NCBI GenBank assembly: GCA_965368815.1
Contig: CBDUOH010000003.1
Location: 1 to 62,017 of the forward strand
Source of the DNA: an uncultured Acidimicrobiia bacterium
Lineage (GTDB): Bacteria; Actinomycetota; Acidimicrobiia; Spongiisociales; UBA5794
Reading direction: 5' to 3'
DNA length: 62,017 bases
Made by a program: the position numbers and the translations under genes. The notes under the pieces were generated by a model. It had not been told where the DNA came from, did no database searches, and saw only the letters and a list, made by a program, of their open reading frames with translations. Below, piece by piece: positions 20,427 through 30,816 of this stretch; position 1 is the first letter of the stretch, and the number at the start of each line of letters is the position of its first letter.

Positions 20427-20771
20427 GTGAGCGCATCTCTTGCACAAGTAGCACAAATCCTTGCCCAGGACTCCCAGGAAGGCGGAGCATCGATCCTTGC
20501 GTTCCTCTTTCCCTTCCTCATCCTTGGCGGTTTGTTCTACATCTTCATCCTCCTTCCGCAGCGCCGCCGTCAGAAACATGCCAAGGAGATGCAGGAGAGC
20601 ATGGCGATCGGCGATGAGGTGCGCACGATCGGCGGCATCGTCGGGACCATCGTCGGTGACGAGGGCGACATCTTTGTGTTGGATCTCGGCGGCTCGACGA
20701 TGCGGATCGTGAAACGAGCAGTGGCTGAACGTCTCACCGGCGACACACCCGCGGCTGGTGACGACGCGTGA
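20427..20771 (+). CDS. yajC: preprotein translocase subunit YajC
   Basis: 114 aa with a single TM helix followed by LLPQRRRQK and the IGDEVRTIGGIVGTI motif. GGAGG lies 8 nt upstream of the GTG. Confidence 0.85.
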   Translation: MSASLAQVAQILAQDSQEGGASILAFLFPFLILGGLFYIFILLPQRRRQKHAKEMQESMAIGDEVRTIGGIVGTIVGDEGDIFVLDLGGSTMRIVKRAVAERLTGDTPAAGDDA

Positions 20772-22240
20772 GCAAGAAACGCGCAATTGTCACCCTGCTG
20801 ATCACCGTCGGACTTGCTTGGGGATCGCTTGCCGGCATGCTGGCGATCGGTTGGGCGCCGAAGCTCGGGCTTGACCTCCAAGGTGGTTTCGCCGTCACGC
20901 TTGTGGCACCCGACGGCACCGACGAGGCAACGCTCACCACTGCCGCGGAGATCATGCGCCGCCGTATCGAAAACCTTGGCGGTGTCCAGGAACCCGAGAT
21001 TGCTGTCGTCGGGGATCGGGCCATCGTCGTCCAATTGCCCGGTGTCACGGACCGGGACCGAGCGCTTCAGGCGGTCGGCACGACCGGTGAGTTGTCATTC
21101 CGGCCGGTCCTCGGTGAGTATCTTGAGAGCCCGGCGTTGACATCCCCCGATGGCGAGCATCCTCCGGGTCTCGATCCGGTGACCGGCCTGACATCTGTTG
21201 ACGACGTGACCACGGAGGCATATCTCCCCGATCAGCAGGAATTCTTCGTCTACGACGTCGATCCGGCCTTCCTCACGGGATCAGACATCTCGGGGGCGCA
21301 GGTGCAGTTCTCCCAGAGCGGCGTCGCCGGTCAGTGGGTCGTCGTACCGGAGTTCACGGCCGAGGGCGGCGAGAAGTTCCGCGAAGCGACCAAGCTTCTT
21401 GCCGGGTTCCCGGCTGGAGATCCGCGACGTCAGCTCGCCATCGTGGTCGACGGGGTCGTCTTCTCGGCACCCGCCGTTGCAACCGACGTGAGTCCAACAA
21501 CAGGCCTCGATCCCGATGCGGTCGTGATCACCGTGGGAACCGACTCGGACTCCCAGGCGGAGGCAGAGAATCTTGCTGCCATCCTCAGATACGGTGCGCT
21601 GCCGACGACTTTCGAACGCGAACGTGTCGAATCGGTTTCTGCGACGCTCGGTGAGGATTCGCTCAGGGCGGGGCTCATGGCCGGCCTTGTGGGACTGGTT
21701 CTGGTCGCTGGGGCAATGCTGCTCTACTACCGATCGCTCGGACTGATAGCCATCGTCGGACTCACCGTGTTCGGCTCCTACCTCCTTGCGGTGATCACGC
21801 TGCTCGGCGAGACACAGGGCACAACCCTGACGCTCGCTGGGGTGACGGGTGTGATCGTGTCGGTGGGTATCACATCGGACTCGTACATCGTGTACTTCGA
21901 ACGCATCAAGGAAGAGGTCCGCAAGGGCCGAGGGTTCAGACCGTCGATCTCCCACGCCTTCCAATCGGCGTACCGGACGATCGTGACCGGTGACACCGTG
22001 ACGCTGCTCGGTGCCGTCCTGCTCTACATGCTTGCCATCGGCCAGGTCAAGGGGTTCGCACTCACGCTCGGACTCGCAACCGCCATCGACATCGGGGTCG
22101 CATACTTCTACACACGGCCAGCCGCGTACCTCGTCGGGCGCGGGCGACTCGGTGACGGTGGCGTGTTCTCCGTCAAAGGCGCGATGGGACGGATGGATCC
22201 TGACGAAGCGCTCGAGGCGGCCGAGGAGGTGTCGGCGTGA
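20768..22240 (+). CDS. secD: protein translocase subunit SecD
   Basis: GTGA overlap with yajC. 490 aa with a periplasmic domain followed by a C-terminal 5-helix bundle typical of SecD. Confidence 0.92.
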   Translation: MSKKRAIVTLLITVGLAWGSLAGMLAIGWAPKLGLDLQGGFAVTLVAPDGTDEATLTTAAEIMRRRIENLGGVQEPEIAVVGDRAIVVQLPGVTDRDRALQAVGTTGELSFRPVLGEYLESPALTSPDGEHPPGLDPVTGLTSVDDVTTEAYLPDQQEFFVYDVDPAFLTGSDISGAQVQFSQSGVAGQWVVVPEFTAEGGEKFREATKLLAGFPAGDPRRQLAIVVDGVVFSAPAVATDVSPTTGLDPDAVVITVGTDSDSQAEAENLAAILRYGALPTTFERERVESVSATLGEDSLRAGLMAGLVGLVLVAGAMLLYYRSLGLIAIVGLTVFGSYLLAVITLLGETQGTTLTLAGVTGVIVSVGITSDSYIVYFERIKEEVRKGRGFRPSISHAFQSAYRTIVTGDTVTLLGAVLLYMLAIGQVKGFALTLGLATAIDIGVAYFYTRPAAYLVGRGRLGDGGVFSVKGAMGRMDPDEALEAAEEVSA

Positions 22241-23283
22241 ACGTGCTCTCGAAGATGTATCGCGGCAAGACCCACTTCGATTTCGTCAAAGCGTCCAAGA
22301 CGACCCTCAAGGTTTCGGCCGCACTGGTGCTGCTTTCGTTGGTCGTGATGGTCGTGCGACCATTCAATCTGTCCATCGACTTCACCGGTGGCGTCATCGT
22401 CACGGTGCCGAATGAGAACAGCTCAACGGTCGAGGAGATCCGGGGCGATCTCCGCGATGTCGGGTACAGCGACGCACGCGTCCAGATCTCGGGCGAAGGA
22501 TTCGTTACCGTCCAGACGGAGTCGCTCTCCTCGCAACAGCAGGACGAGTTGTTGGCCGCCGTAGCTTCGTCCGTGGGGGCGGATACCGATGAAGCCAACA
22601 TCGATGCAGTTGGTCCGACATTCGGTGCCGAGGTGACCAAGGCAGCCATCGAGGCTCTGATCGTGTTCCTCGTCGTGGTTGCCTTCTTCATTGCGTGGCG
22701 ATTCGAATGGAAGATGGCGTTGGCTGCATTGGCAGCGCTGTTCCATGACCTGATCATCACAGCGGGGCTCTATGCCCTCATCGGGTTCGTCGTGACGCCC
22801 TCGACGATCATCGCCGTGCTGACCATCCTCGGGTACTCGCTCTATGACACCGTGGTCGTGTACGAGAAGGTGAAGGAGAACGAGCACGATCTCCACACGA
22901 AAACGACGTTTTCGGCAATCGTGAACCTGTCGATGAACCAGGTGCTGATGCGGTCGGTCAACACGTCCCTGACCTCGTTGTTCCCCGTCGGCGCGCTGTT
23001 GTTCGTCGGAACCCTGGCCATCGGTGCCGAAACGTTGAAGGAGTTCGCACTGGCGCTCTTCATCGGCATGGCGGTCGGCACCTTCTCGTCGATATTCGTG
23101 GCGGCGCCGATTCTCGCCCACTGGAAAGAGGGCGAACCGGAATGGGAGCGTCAGCGACGCCGTGCCGAACGTGGCGCGACCGACGCGATCGTCACGCAGG
23201 AGGACGTCGCCGAGGTGGCAGCCAGTTCGGATGCGCCGTCCACGGTGGCACGGCCCCCGAAGCAGAGGCGGAAACGCCGGTAA
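22237..23283 (+). CDS. secF: protein translocase subunit SecF
   Basis: GTGA overlap with secD. 348 aa with SecF-type TM bundle (DTVVVYEKVKEN). Confidence 0.92.
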   Translation: MNVLSKMYRGKTHFDFVKASKTTLKVSAALVLLSLVVMVVRPFNLSIDFTGGVIVTVPNENSSTVEEIRGDLRDVGYSDARVQISGEGFVTVQTESLSSQQQDELLAAVASSVGADTDEANIDAVGPTFGAEVTKAAIEALIVFLVVVAFFIAWRFEWKMALAALAALFHDLIITAGLYALIGFVVTPSTIIAVLTILGYSLYDTVVVYEKVKENEHDLHTKTTFSAIVNLSMNQVLMRSVNTSLTSLFPVGALLFVGTLAIGAETLKEFALALFIGMAVGTFSSIFVAAPILAHWKEGEPEWERQRRRAERGATDAIVTQEDVAEVAASSDAPSTVARPPKQRRKRR

Positions 23284-23286
23284 CAT
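23281..23286 (+). promoter_or_regulatory. candidate -10 hexamer (TAACAT) for leaderless rel
   Basis: TAACAT (includes the secF stop), then 6 nt (tcggcg), then ATG 23293. No SD. Confidence 0.35.
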
Positions 23287-23292
23287 TCGGCG

Positions 23293-25527
23293 ATGGCACA
23301 CGCCACCGAAACGACGCACGATGTGATGGAACCCGGATCGATCGCGTTCGTCGATCCTGCGGTGCGCGGTCGGACACCGAGCCAGATGATGGACGAACTC
23401 CGTGCGACGTACCTCACATCGCACCCGACGGGGGACACCCAGCTCATCGACGAGGCCTACGACGTCGCGTTCGAGCGCCATCGCGGGCAGACGAGGTCGA
23501 CCGGTGATCCGTATGTGGTGCACCCGATCGCGGTCGCCCAGATCCTCGCCGAGTACGGCCTCGATGAGGCAACGATCGCGGCTGCTTTGATGCACGACAC
23601 CGTCGAGGACACCGATCTGACACTCGAAGGTGTGCGGGAACAGTTCGGGGACGAGGTGGCCCTGCTCATCGATGGGGTCACCAAGCTCGACCGCATCAAG
23701 TTCTCGAGTCGTGAGGTCGCGCAAGCGGCGACGATACGGAAGATGGCAGTGGCGATGGCCAAGGACATCCGCGTCCTGGTCATCAAGCTCGCTGACAGGA
23801 CCCACAACATCCGCACGATCGCTCCGCTGCCGGAGGACAAGCAACGGCGCGTCGCATCCGAGACCCTTGACGTGTACGCACCTCTGGCGCATCGCCTCGG
23901 CATGCAAGAGATCAAGCACGAGATGGAGGAGACGTGTTTCGCAATCCTCTTCCCCGGTCCGAAGGCAGAGCTCGAAGAGGCCGTCAGTCGCAGGTCACCC
24001 CAACGCGAGGGGTACATCGAGAACGTCATCACAGAGGTCACCGAAGAACTGGACGCCGCCGGAATCGAAGCGACCATCACCGGTCGACCGAAGCACCTTT
24101 ACTCCATCTATCGCAAGATGGTGTCTTCCGGTCTTGAGTTCGAGCAGATCCATGACCTGATCGGTATCAGGATCATCGTGGACGATGTCCGCAACTGTTA
24201 TGGCGTCCTTGGCCTCATCCACACGATGTGGCCCCCGATCCAGGGCCGTTTCAAGGACTACATCGCCATGCCGAAGTTCAACTTCTACCAGTCGTTGCAC
24301 ACGACGGTCGTCGGGCCCGAAGGCAAGGCCCTCGAGGTCCAGATCCGCACCCAGGAGATGCACGATCGTGCCGAAGCGGGCATCGCTGCGCATTGGCGGT
24401 ACAAGGAGGGGTCGTCGTCAGACGGTGAACTGCCTGTCGTCCAGGACATCCGCGAACTCCAGGAGGACGCCGAGGACCCCGAAGAATTCCTGGAGAACCT
24501 CAAACTCGACCTCTACCAGGACGAGGTCTTCGCGCTCACACCGCGAGGTGACGTCAAGACCCTTCCCAAGGGCGCGACTCCTGTCGATTTCGCGTACCGC
24601 GTCCACACCGACGTCGGGCACCGATGTGCGGGAGCGAAGGTGAACGGCAGGCTCGTCCCGCTTTCCACCGAACTCGAGTCCGGTGACATCGTTGAGATCA
24701 TCACCTCAAAGGCACAGGATGCCCATCCGTCGAGGGACTGGTTGGAATTCGTCAAGTCATCCAAGGCTGCAGCCAAGATCAAGGGATGGTTCTCGAAGGA
24801 ACGCAGGGAGAACGCAGCCCACGACGGCAAAGAATCCGTGATGAAGGCGTTCAGGAAGCACAATCTTCCGCTCCAAGGCGTCGACAAGGAGATCGGGGTG
24901 GTGGCCTCCGAGCTCGGCTTCGACGAACCCGAGTCCATGTACATGTCGGTCGGTGAGGGCCGCACCAGCCCCCAGACGGTGGCGCAGCGACTCACCAGGA
25001 AGCTCAAGCCCGATGAGGCTGCGGAGGCGGTCATGGCAGAGCGCCTTCCCGTACCGCACAAACGGAGGCCGAGGCACGCTGGCGATGTCATCGTCGAGGG
25101 CCTCGAAGACATGCTGGTACGCATGGCCAAATGCTGCGCACCGGTGCCGGGCGACGACATCATCGGGTTCGTCACCGTCGGCCGGGGCGTCAGCGTCCAC
25201 CGTGCCGACTGCGCAAACATCGGATCGCTCACCGAAACGGGCGCCGAACGCATGGTCGATGTGGCGTGGGCAGTCGAGCAATCCGGGACTTTCTTCGTGT
25301 GGATCCAGGTGGAGGCACTCGACAGGCCGAGGTTGCTCCGTGACGTCACGGCAGCATTGTCGGACGTCGGCGCAAACATCCACGCTTCGTCATCGGTGAC
25401 CGGCCGGGATCGGATCGCGTTGCTGCGCTATGAGATCGAGCTGTCCGACCGCGACGCGCTTGAGGTCGTGCTCAATGCTCTTCGTACGGTGGAGGCCGTG
25501 TACGACGCCTACCGGCTCGTCCTCTAG
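23293..25527 (+). CDS. rel: bifunctional (p)ppGpp synthetase/hydrolase (RelA/SpoT homologue)
   Basis: 744 aa. HD hydrolase domain (HRGQTRSTGDPYVVHP..MHDTVEDT), synthetase region (HLYSIYRKM, YIAMPKFNFYQSLHTTV), TGS domain and ACT-like C-terminus. Confidence 0.95.
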   Translation: MAHATETTHDVMEPGSIAFVDPAVRGRTPSQMMDELRATYLTSHPTGDTQLIDEAYDVAFERHRGQTRSTGDPYVVHPIAVAQILAEYGLDEATIAAALMHDTVEDTDLTLEGVREQFGDEVALLIDGVTKLDRIKFSSREVAQAATIRKMAVAMAKDIRVLVIKLADRTHNIRTIAPLPEDKQRRVASETLDVYAPLAHRLGMQEIKHEMEETCFAILFPGPKAELEEAVSRRSPQREGYIENVITEVTEELDAAGIEATITGRPKHLYSIYRKMVSSGLEFEQIHDLIGIRIIVDDVRNCYGVLGLIHTMWPPIQGRFKDYIAMPKFNFYQSLHTTVVGPEGKALEVQIRTQEMHDRAEAGIAAHWRYKEGSSSDGELPVVQDIRELQEDAEDPEEFLENLKLDLYQDEVFALTPRGDVKTLPKGATPVDFAYRVHTDVGHRCAGAKVNGRLVPLSTELESGDIVEIITSKAQDAHPSRDWLEFVKSSKAAAKIKGWFSKERRENAAHDGKESVMKAFRKHNLPLQGVDKEIGVVASELGFDEPESMYMSVGEGRTSPQTVAQRLTRKLKPDEAAEAVMAERLPVPHKRRPRHAGDVIVEGLEDMLVRMAKCCAPVPGDDIIGFVTVGRGVSVHRADCANIGSLTETGAERMVDVAWAVEQSGTFFVWIQVEALDRPRLLRDVTAALSDVGANIHASSSVTGRDRIALLRYEIELSDRDALEVVLNALRTVEAVYDAYRLVL

Positions 25528-25534
25528 ACATCGG

Positions 25535-26185
25535 ATGTTGATCGCCGGCGCGCCGCTGTGGTTGTACGAGACGAACACGTGGGTGGTCGCACACGACACC
25601 GGTGGGCCGGCGATCGTGATCGATGCACCTCCAGATCCCGAGGGCGTCGGTCGACTTCTCGCGAAACACGACCTGACTCCCGTTGCCGTGCTGGTGACGC
25701 ACGGGCACATCGACCACGTCGGTGGTATCGACGGCGTGGCGAGCAACAGTGTCAGCGCCTATCTCCATCCTGACGATGTCGATATGGCCCGCCATCCGGG
25801 TGAGATGCTGCGCTCGCTTCTGGGCATCTCCATGGATGCGGCGGACGACGAGGTGGTATCGACGCCCTTTGTCGACCTTGTAGACGGTCAGACGCTCGAC
25901 CTTGCCGGACTCAGCCTCACGGTGATCCATACGCCGGGGCACACACCTGGCCACTGCTGTTTCCATCTGCCCGGCGACGGAGTGTTGTTCTCCGGTGACC
26001 ACCTGTTCGCGGGCAGCATCGGACGCACCGACCTTCCGGGGGGTTCCTACGAGACGTTGATGCGGTCGATGACGGACAAGATCCTTCCGCTGGATGACTC
26101 GACTGACGTTCTCCCCGGGCACGGGTCTACCACTACGCTGGCCCGGGAACGGGCCACCAACCCATTTCTCCGGGAACTGATCTGA
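25535..26185 (+). CDS. MBL-fold metallo-hydrolase (glyoxalase II-like)
   Basis: MLIAGAPLWLYETNTWVV start after the rel stop. THGHIDHVGG motif. The position between rel and hisS matches mycobacterial synteny. Confidence 0.8.
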   Translation: MLIAGAPLWLYETNTWVVAHDTGGPAIVIDAPPDPEGVGRLLAKHDLTPVAVLVTHGHIDHVGGIDGVASNSVSAYLHPDDVDMARHPGEMLRSLLGISMDAADDEVVSTPFVDLVDGQTLDLAGLSLTVIHTPGHTPGHCCFHLPGDGVLFSGDHLFAGSIGRTDLPGGSYETLMRSMTDKILPLDDSTDVLPGHGSTTTLARERATNPFLRELI

Positions 26186-26186
26186 C

Positions 26187-27422
26187 ATGACCGAACTGAG
26201 ACGCCCCAAGGGCACGTATGACATCCTGCCGCCCGAATCTGCGGTCTGGAGGCATGCCCAGCGCGTGTTCGAGTCGATGGCAGAGCGGTTCGGGTACTCC
26301 CTCGTCCTGACGCCTCTCTTCGAGGCAACCGAGGTGTTCGCCCGCGGTGTCGGGGAGTCGACCGAGGTCGTCGAGAAGCAGATGTACACCTTCACCGACC
26401 AAGGCGGTCGCAGCCTCACGCTCCGCCCGGAGGCCACGGCGTCGGTCGTGAGGGCGGCCATCCAGGCAGGCGGTGTCCAAGGAGTGTTGAAGGGTTCCTA
26501 CTGGGGGCCGATGTTCCGCTACGAGCGTCCACAAGCGGGTCGGACCCGGCAGTTCTTCCAGGCAGGAGTCGAGTACCTCGGGGCATCGTCAGCCGAAGCG
26601 GACGTCGAGGTGATCGAGTTCGGCTATCGGTATCTCGAAGCGCTGGACGTCAAGGACGTCGAGGTTCGGCTGAACTCGATCGGCGATCCGGCTGACCGGG
26701 TCGGCTATCGCGCCATGATCGAGGCGTTTCTCGAGGAGCGATTCGATCAACTGTCCACAGATGCGCAGCGACGGGTTGCAACGAACCCGATGAGGGTGCT
26801 CGACTCGAAGGCGGATCAGGAAGTGGTTGCGGATGCGCCGGTACCGATCGACCACCTCGGTGCAGCGGCAGCGGAACACTTCTCGCGGGTGAGGCAGGGT
26901 CTCGAGCAACTCGGGATTCCCCATGTGATCGACAACAAGCTCGTTCGGGGCCTCGACTACTACAACCGGACGGTGTGGGAGTACGTGCCCCGCGGATACG
27001 GGGCCGCCCAGAGTTCGGTCGGCGGGGGCGGACGCTATGACGGTCTGTTCGAAATCCTCGGAGGGACACCGACGCCCGGGGTTGGGCTTGCCATGGGAGT
27101 GGATCGGATACTGCTCGCGCGGGACGAGGCGGAGATCGGGACGATGCTCGACGTGTTCGTCGTGGTGGCCGACGACGATCGGCGACAGGACGGCAGGCGA
27201 CTCCTGTCCGAGTTGCGGGGGTCCGGGCTCCGTGCCGACATGACCGACGAGCAGCGCTCCGTCAAGGCCCAATTCAAAGCCGCCGATCGGGCGAACGCGT
27301 CCGTAGCTGTCGTCGTGGGCGCCGAATGGGACACCGGGGACGTGACAGTGCGAGACCTGGCCTCTGGGGAACAGAAGCAGATTGCCATCAAGGAGATCAC
27401 GTCATGGGTTCAGAACCGATAA
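26187..27422 (+). CDS. hisS: histidine--tRNA ligase
   Basis: 411 aa with GPMFRYERPQAGRTRQFFQ (motif 2) and GGGGRYDGL. Confidence 0.93.
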   Translation: MTELRRPKGTYDILPPESAVWRHAQRVFESMAERFGYSLVLTPLFEATEVFARGVGESTEVVEKQMYTFTDQGGRSLTLRPEATASVVRAAIQAGGVQGVLKGSYWGPMFRYERPQAGRTRQFFQAGVEYLGASSAEADVEVIEFGYRYLEALDVKDVEVRLNSIGDPADRVGYRAMIEAFLEERFDQLSTDAQRRVATNPMRVLDSKADQEVVADAPVPIDHLGAAAAEHFSRVRQGLEQLGIPHVIDNKLVRGLDYYNRTVWEYVPRGYGAAQSSVGGGGRYDGLFEILGGTPTPGVGLAMGVDRILLARDEAEIGTMLDVFVVVADDDRRQDGRRLLSELRGSGLRADMTDEQRSVKAQFKAADRANASVAVVVGAEWDTGDVTVRDLASGEQKQIAIKEITSWVQNR

Positions 27423-29200
27423 AGACGCACGGTGCGGGTTCGCTCCGTGTCGCCGATACGGGGACCGAGGTCGTTCTCGCCGGATGGATCGGGAGGCGCC
27501 GTGACCACGGCGGTGTCATCTTCGTCGATCTCAGAGACGCATCGGGGCTCGTCCAGGTGGTGTTGAACCCCGAGGATGCGCCAGCTACCGAGGAAGTCCT
27601 CCATGGACTTCGCATCGAGTTCTGCGTTCGGGTCAAGGGTGTGGTCAGACCTCGTCCGGAGGGCACAGTCAACGACGACCTACCGACCGGTGACGTCGAG
27701 GTCGTCGCTGCATCGATCGAGGTCCTTGCGGGAGCCGATCCGCTTCCGTTCCCCCTCGATGGTCGGACGGACATCGACGAGAGCAAGCGGCTCCAGTATC
27801 GGTATCTCGATCTTCGCCGAACCCGGGTGGCTGAGAATCTCAAAGCCAGGTCGAAGGCGATCCGTGCCATGCGCAACGTGATGGATGAGCAAGGGTTCCT
27901 CGAGGTCGAGACGCCGACGTTGATCGCCTCGACACCCGAGGGAGCCCGCGACATGCTCGTCCCCTCACGCCTGCGACAGGGTCAGTTCTATGCGCTTCCG
28001 CAGTCCCCACAGTTGTTCAAACAGCTGCTGATGATCGGAGGAGTCGAGCGGTACTACCAGGTGGCGAAGTGCTACCGAGATGAAGATTTTCGTGCTGACA
28101 GGCAGGTCGAGTTCACGCAGCTCGACTTCGAAGGCTCATTCTGGGGCCAAGAGGACGTGCTCGGTGTACTCGAGTCGATCGTCGTGCGGGTCGTCAACGA
28201 CCTCCGGGGAATCGATGTCCCGACGCCGATCCACCGCATGACATACGCCGAGGCCATGGCAACGTACGGAACCGACAAGCCGGACCTTCGGTTCGATATG
28301 AAGATCGTTGATCTTTCCGACGTCCTGGCTGGCACCGAGTTCAAGGCGTTCTCGGGCGCCATCGAAGGGGGAGGCTCGGTTCGGGGTATCAACGCTGGTC
28401 CGCTCGGGCTGGCACGATCAGGACTCGACGCGCTCGTCACCAAGGCGATGGACGCCGGGGCCAAGGGCCTTGTGTGGATGGTGGTCGAAGAGGACGGTTC
28501 GTTGCGATCGCCGGTTGCGAAGTTCCTGTCAGACGATGAGCTCGCAGGGGTCGTGTCGAAGCTGGAAGCCGATCCCGGAGACACGGTCCTCATCGTCGCT
28601 GATCGGACCCGCGTGGTACTCGACGTGCTCGGGCAACTCCGGCTGCACGTCGGTCGACCCGAGGGTCACGACGACCTGGCCTTTGCCTTCGTCGTGGATT
28701 TTCCGGTGTTCGATGTTTCCGAGGACGGAGAGCTCTCGCCGGCTCATCATCCCTTCACGGCACCGGCCGACCTCGACGAGATGATCAATGCGCCTGAAAC
28801 TGCTGTCTCCAAGGCATACGACCTTGTCCTGAACGGGTCCGAACTCGGTTCGGGCAGCGTTCGTATCCACGATCCCGACATGCAGGCAAGGGTGTTCGAC
28901 GTCATGGGGATCTCGTCGCAAGACGCCGAACGGCGATTCGGATGGTTCCTCGAGGCGCTCCGATACGGGACGCCGCCACATGCAGGGTTCGCCATCGGGA
29001 TAGACCGATTCGTCTCGATCCTGCGCGGTGAACCGAACATCCGTGAGATCATCCCGTTCCCGAAGACCCAGACAGGCGCTGACCCGCTGACGGGTTCACC
29101 CGGAAGAGTCGAGGACGAACAGTTGGCCGAGCTCGGCATTCTCGTTGATCCGGCCGTGGTGGCCGCCTGGGACGCGGCCGAGGACGACACGGCATCGTGA
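27404..29200 (+). CDS. aspS: aspartate--tRNA ligase
   Basis: ATG 27404 has AAGGAGA 7 nt upstream and overlaps the hisS end by 19 nt. QSPQLFKQLLM, FRADRQVEFTQLD and GSGSVRIH motifs. Confidence 0.93.
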   Translation: MGSEPIKTHGAGSLRVADTGTEVVLAGWIGRRRDHGGVIFVDLRDASGLVQVVLNPEDAPATEEVLHGLRIEFCVRVKGVVRPRPEGTVNDDLPTGDVEVVAASIEVLAGADPLPFPLDGRTDIDESKRLQYRYLDLRRTRVAENLKARSKAIRAMRNVMDEQGFLEVETPTLIASTPEGARDMLVPSRLRQGQFYALPQSPQLFKQLLMIGGVERYYQVAKCYRDEDFRADRQVEFTQLDFEGSFWGQEDVLGVLESIVVRVVNDLRGIDVPTPIHRMTYAEAMATYGTDKPDLRFDMKIVDLSDVLAGTEFKAFSGAIEGGGSVRGINAGPLGLARSGLDALVTKAMDAGAKGLVWMVVEEDGSLRSPVAKFLSDDELAGVVSKLEADPGDTVLIVADRTRVVLDVLGQLRLHVGRPEGHDDLAFAFVVDFPVFDVSEDGELSPAHHPFTAPADLDEMINAPETAVSKAYDLVLNGSELGSGSVRIHDPDMQARVFDVMGISSQDAERRFGWFLEALRYGTPPHAGFAIGIDRFVSILRGEPNIREIIPFPKTQTGADPLTGSPGRVEDEQLAELGILVDPAVVAAWDAAEDDTAS

Positions 29201-30534
29201 CCGACGACGACCTTTTCGCGGCTGCCCGCGACGAGGTCAAACGCGCCACTGCGCCACTGCCCGCCCGCATGCGGCCACGAACACTCGACGAGGTCGTCGG
29301 GCAGCGTCATCTGCTGGCTGAAGGAGCGGCGTTCCGCTCGATGGTCGAAACCGGTCGTCTGGGGTCCATCATCCTGTGGGGTCCACCCGGGTCGGGGAAG
29401 ACGACTCTGGCTCGCATCGCAGCCTCGACGGTCGGAGGCGTGTTCGAGCAACTGTCGGCGACGTCCGCGGGCGTCAAGGACGTGCGAGAAGTCCTCGCCC
29501 GTGCCGACGCCAGGCTCGGTGAGGGACGGGGGAGGACCATCCTGTTTCTCGATGAGATCCACCGGTTCACCAAGGCCCAACAGGATGCTCTGCTGCCCGG
29601 GGTGGAGGATGGGACAGTCATCCTGATCGGGGCTACGACTGAGAATCCGTTCTTCGAGGTCAACTCGCCGCTCATCTCGCGCGCCACCGTCTTCAGAACC
29701 GAGGGCCTCGCACCCGACGAAGTCGATGAGCTGATCGACGCTGCGCTTGACGATCCCATGCGTGGCCTTCCCGGCATCACCATGGATGACGAAGCGAAGC
29801 GAGCGATAGCAGAACGTGTCGGTGGCGATGCTCGATTGGCTCTCAACACCGTCGAAGTCGCCGCGACGATTGCGGCGGGTCGTGGGACGGGGACCGTTGA
29901 CCTGGCCGTGGTCGAGGAAGCCCTCCAGCGTCGGGTGATCCGGTACGACCGGGCAGGGGACCGTCACTACGACGTCATCTCGGCATTCATCAAGTCCATG
30001 AGGGGCTCGGACCCCGACGCCACCATGTATTGGCTCCAGACCATGCTTGAGGCCGGGGAGGACCCCAAGTTCGTGGCGCGTCGCATGATCATCTTTGCCA
30101 GTGAGGACATCGGACTCGCCGATTCCACGGCACTCGGTGTCGCGAACGACGCGTTCAGGGCTCTCGAGGTGGTGGGTCTTCCGGAGGCGAATTACGCACT
30201 GAGTCATGCCGCGCTGTACCTCTCGCTGGCTCCGAAATCCGACTCGGTCAAGACCGCCATTGGTGCGACGAGCGAACTGGTCGCATCCGACCACGACGGG
30301 GAGGTACCGCCGCACCTTCGGTCGGGATCGACCTCGGGTGACCAGCAATTCGGGTTCGGTGTCGACTACAGGTATCCCCACGCAGATCCTCGGGCGATCG
30401 TCGAACAGCAGTACCTCCCCGATTCGGTCCACACCCGGACCGTCTACCAACCGAACCGCACAGGTCTCGAACGTGAGATTGCCGATCGTCTGGCGCGGAT
30501 CGATGTGATCCTGGGGAAGAACCGGCCGTCATAG
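29197..30534 (+). CDS. rarA: replication-associated recombination protein A
   Basis: GTGA overlap. Walker A GPPGSGKTT, FLDEIHRF, MgsA C-terminal domain. Confidence 0.92.
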   Translation: MTDDDLFAAARDEVKRATAPLPARMRPRTLDEVVGQRHLLAEGAAFRSMVETGRLGSIILWGPPGSGKTTLARIAASTVGGVFEQLSATSAGVKDVREVLARADARLGEGRGRTILFLDEIHRFTKAQQDALLPGVEDGTVILIGATTENPFFEVNSPLISRATVFRTEGLAPDEVDELIDAALDDPMRGLPGITMDDEAKRAIAERVGGDARLALNTVEVAATIAAGRGTGTVDLAVVEEALQRRVIRYDRAGDRHYDVISAFIKSMRGSDPDATMYWLQTMLEAGEDPKFVARRMIIFASEDIGLADSTALGVANDAFRALEVVGLPEANYALSHAALYLSLAPKSDSVKTAIGATSELVASDHDGEVPPHLRSGSTSGDQQFGFGVDYRYPHADPRAIVEQQYLPDSVHTRTVYQPNRTGLEREIADRLARIDVILGKNRPS

Positions 30535-30548
30535 GTGTTTCGTCCTGA

Positions 30549-30554
30549 TAGGTT
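30549..30554 (+). promoter_or_regulatory. candidate -10 hexamer (TAGGTT) for leaderless small ORF
   Basis: TAGGTT, then 6 nt (cgcctc), then ATG 30561. Confidence 0.35.
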
Positions 30555-30560
30555 CGCCTC

Positions 30561-30803
30561 ATGTTCACGAGGATTCGCTGGTTCGCCTACGGGGTGCTCG
30601 CAACGTCGGTTGCGGTCGTCATGACGGTGCGTCGGGCCCGAAGTCTCAAGGAGCGGCTCGACGCCAAGGGTCTGCGGCACATCGCCGTGTCGTACGCTGC
30701 CGATACGGCACACGCGGTCGGGCGGTACCTCCAGAATTCCGTCCCGCAGGACCATGGAGAACCCGTCAGCGCCGAGGACAGCTCACCTCGGGTCACTGGC
30801 TAA
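30561..30803 (+). CDS. small hypothetical membrane protein
   Basis: 80 aa with one TM helix (WFAYGVLATSVAVVMTV) followed by a charged tail. High GC3. Leaderless-type promoter geometry. Confidence 0.45.
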   Translation: MFTRIRWFAYGVLATSVAVVMTVRRARSLKERLDAKGLRHIAVSYAADTAHAVGRYLQNSVPQDHGEPVSAEDSSPRVTG

Positions 30804-30816
30804 CCTCGGCGAACAC

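Noticed and set aside
28747-30450. 567-aa ORF on the minus strand.
   Set aside because: It is antisense to aspS and rarA. The composition is low-complexity and R/G/D/P-rich, which is a stop-codon-poor mirror-frame artefact.
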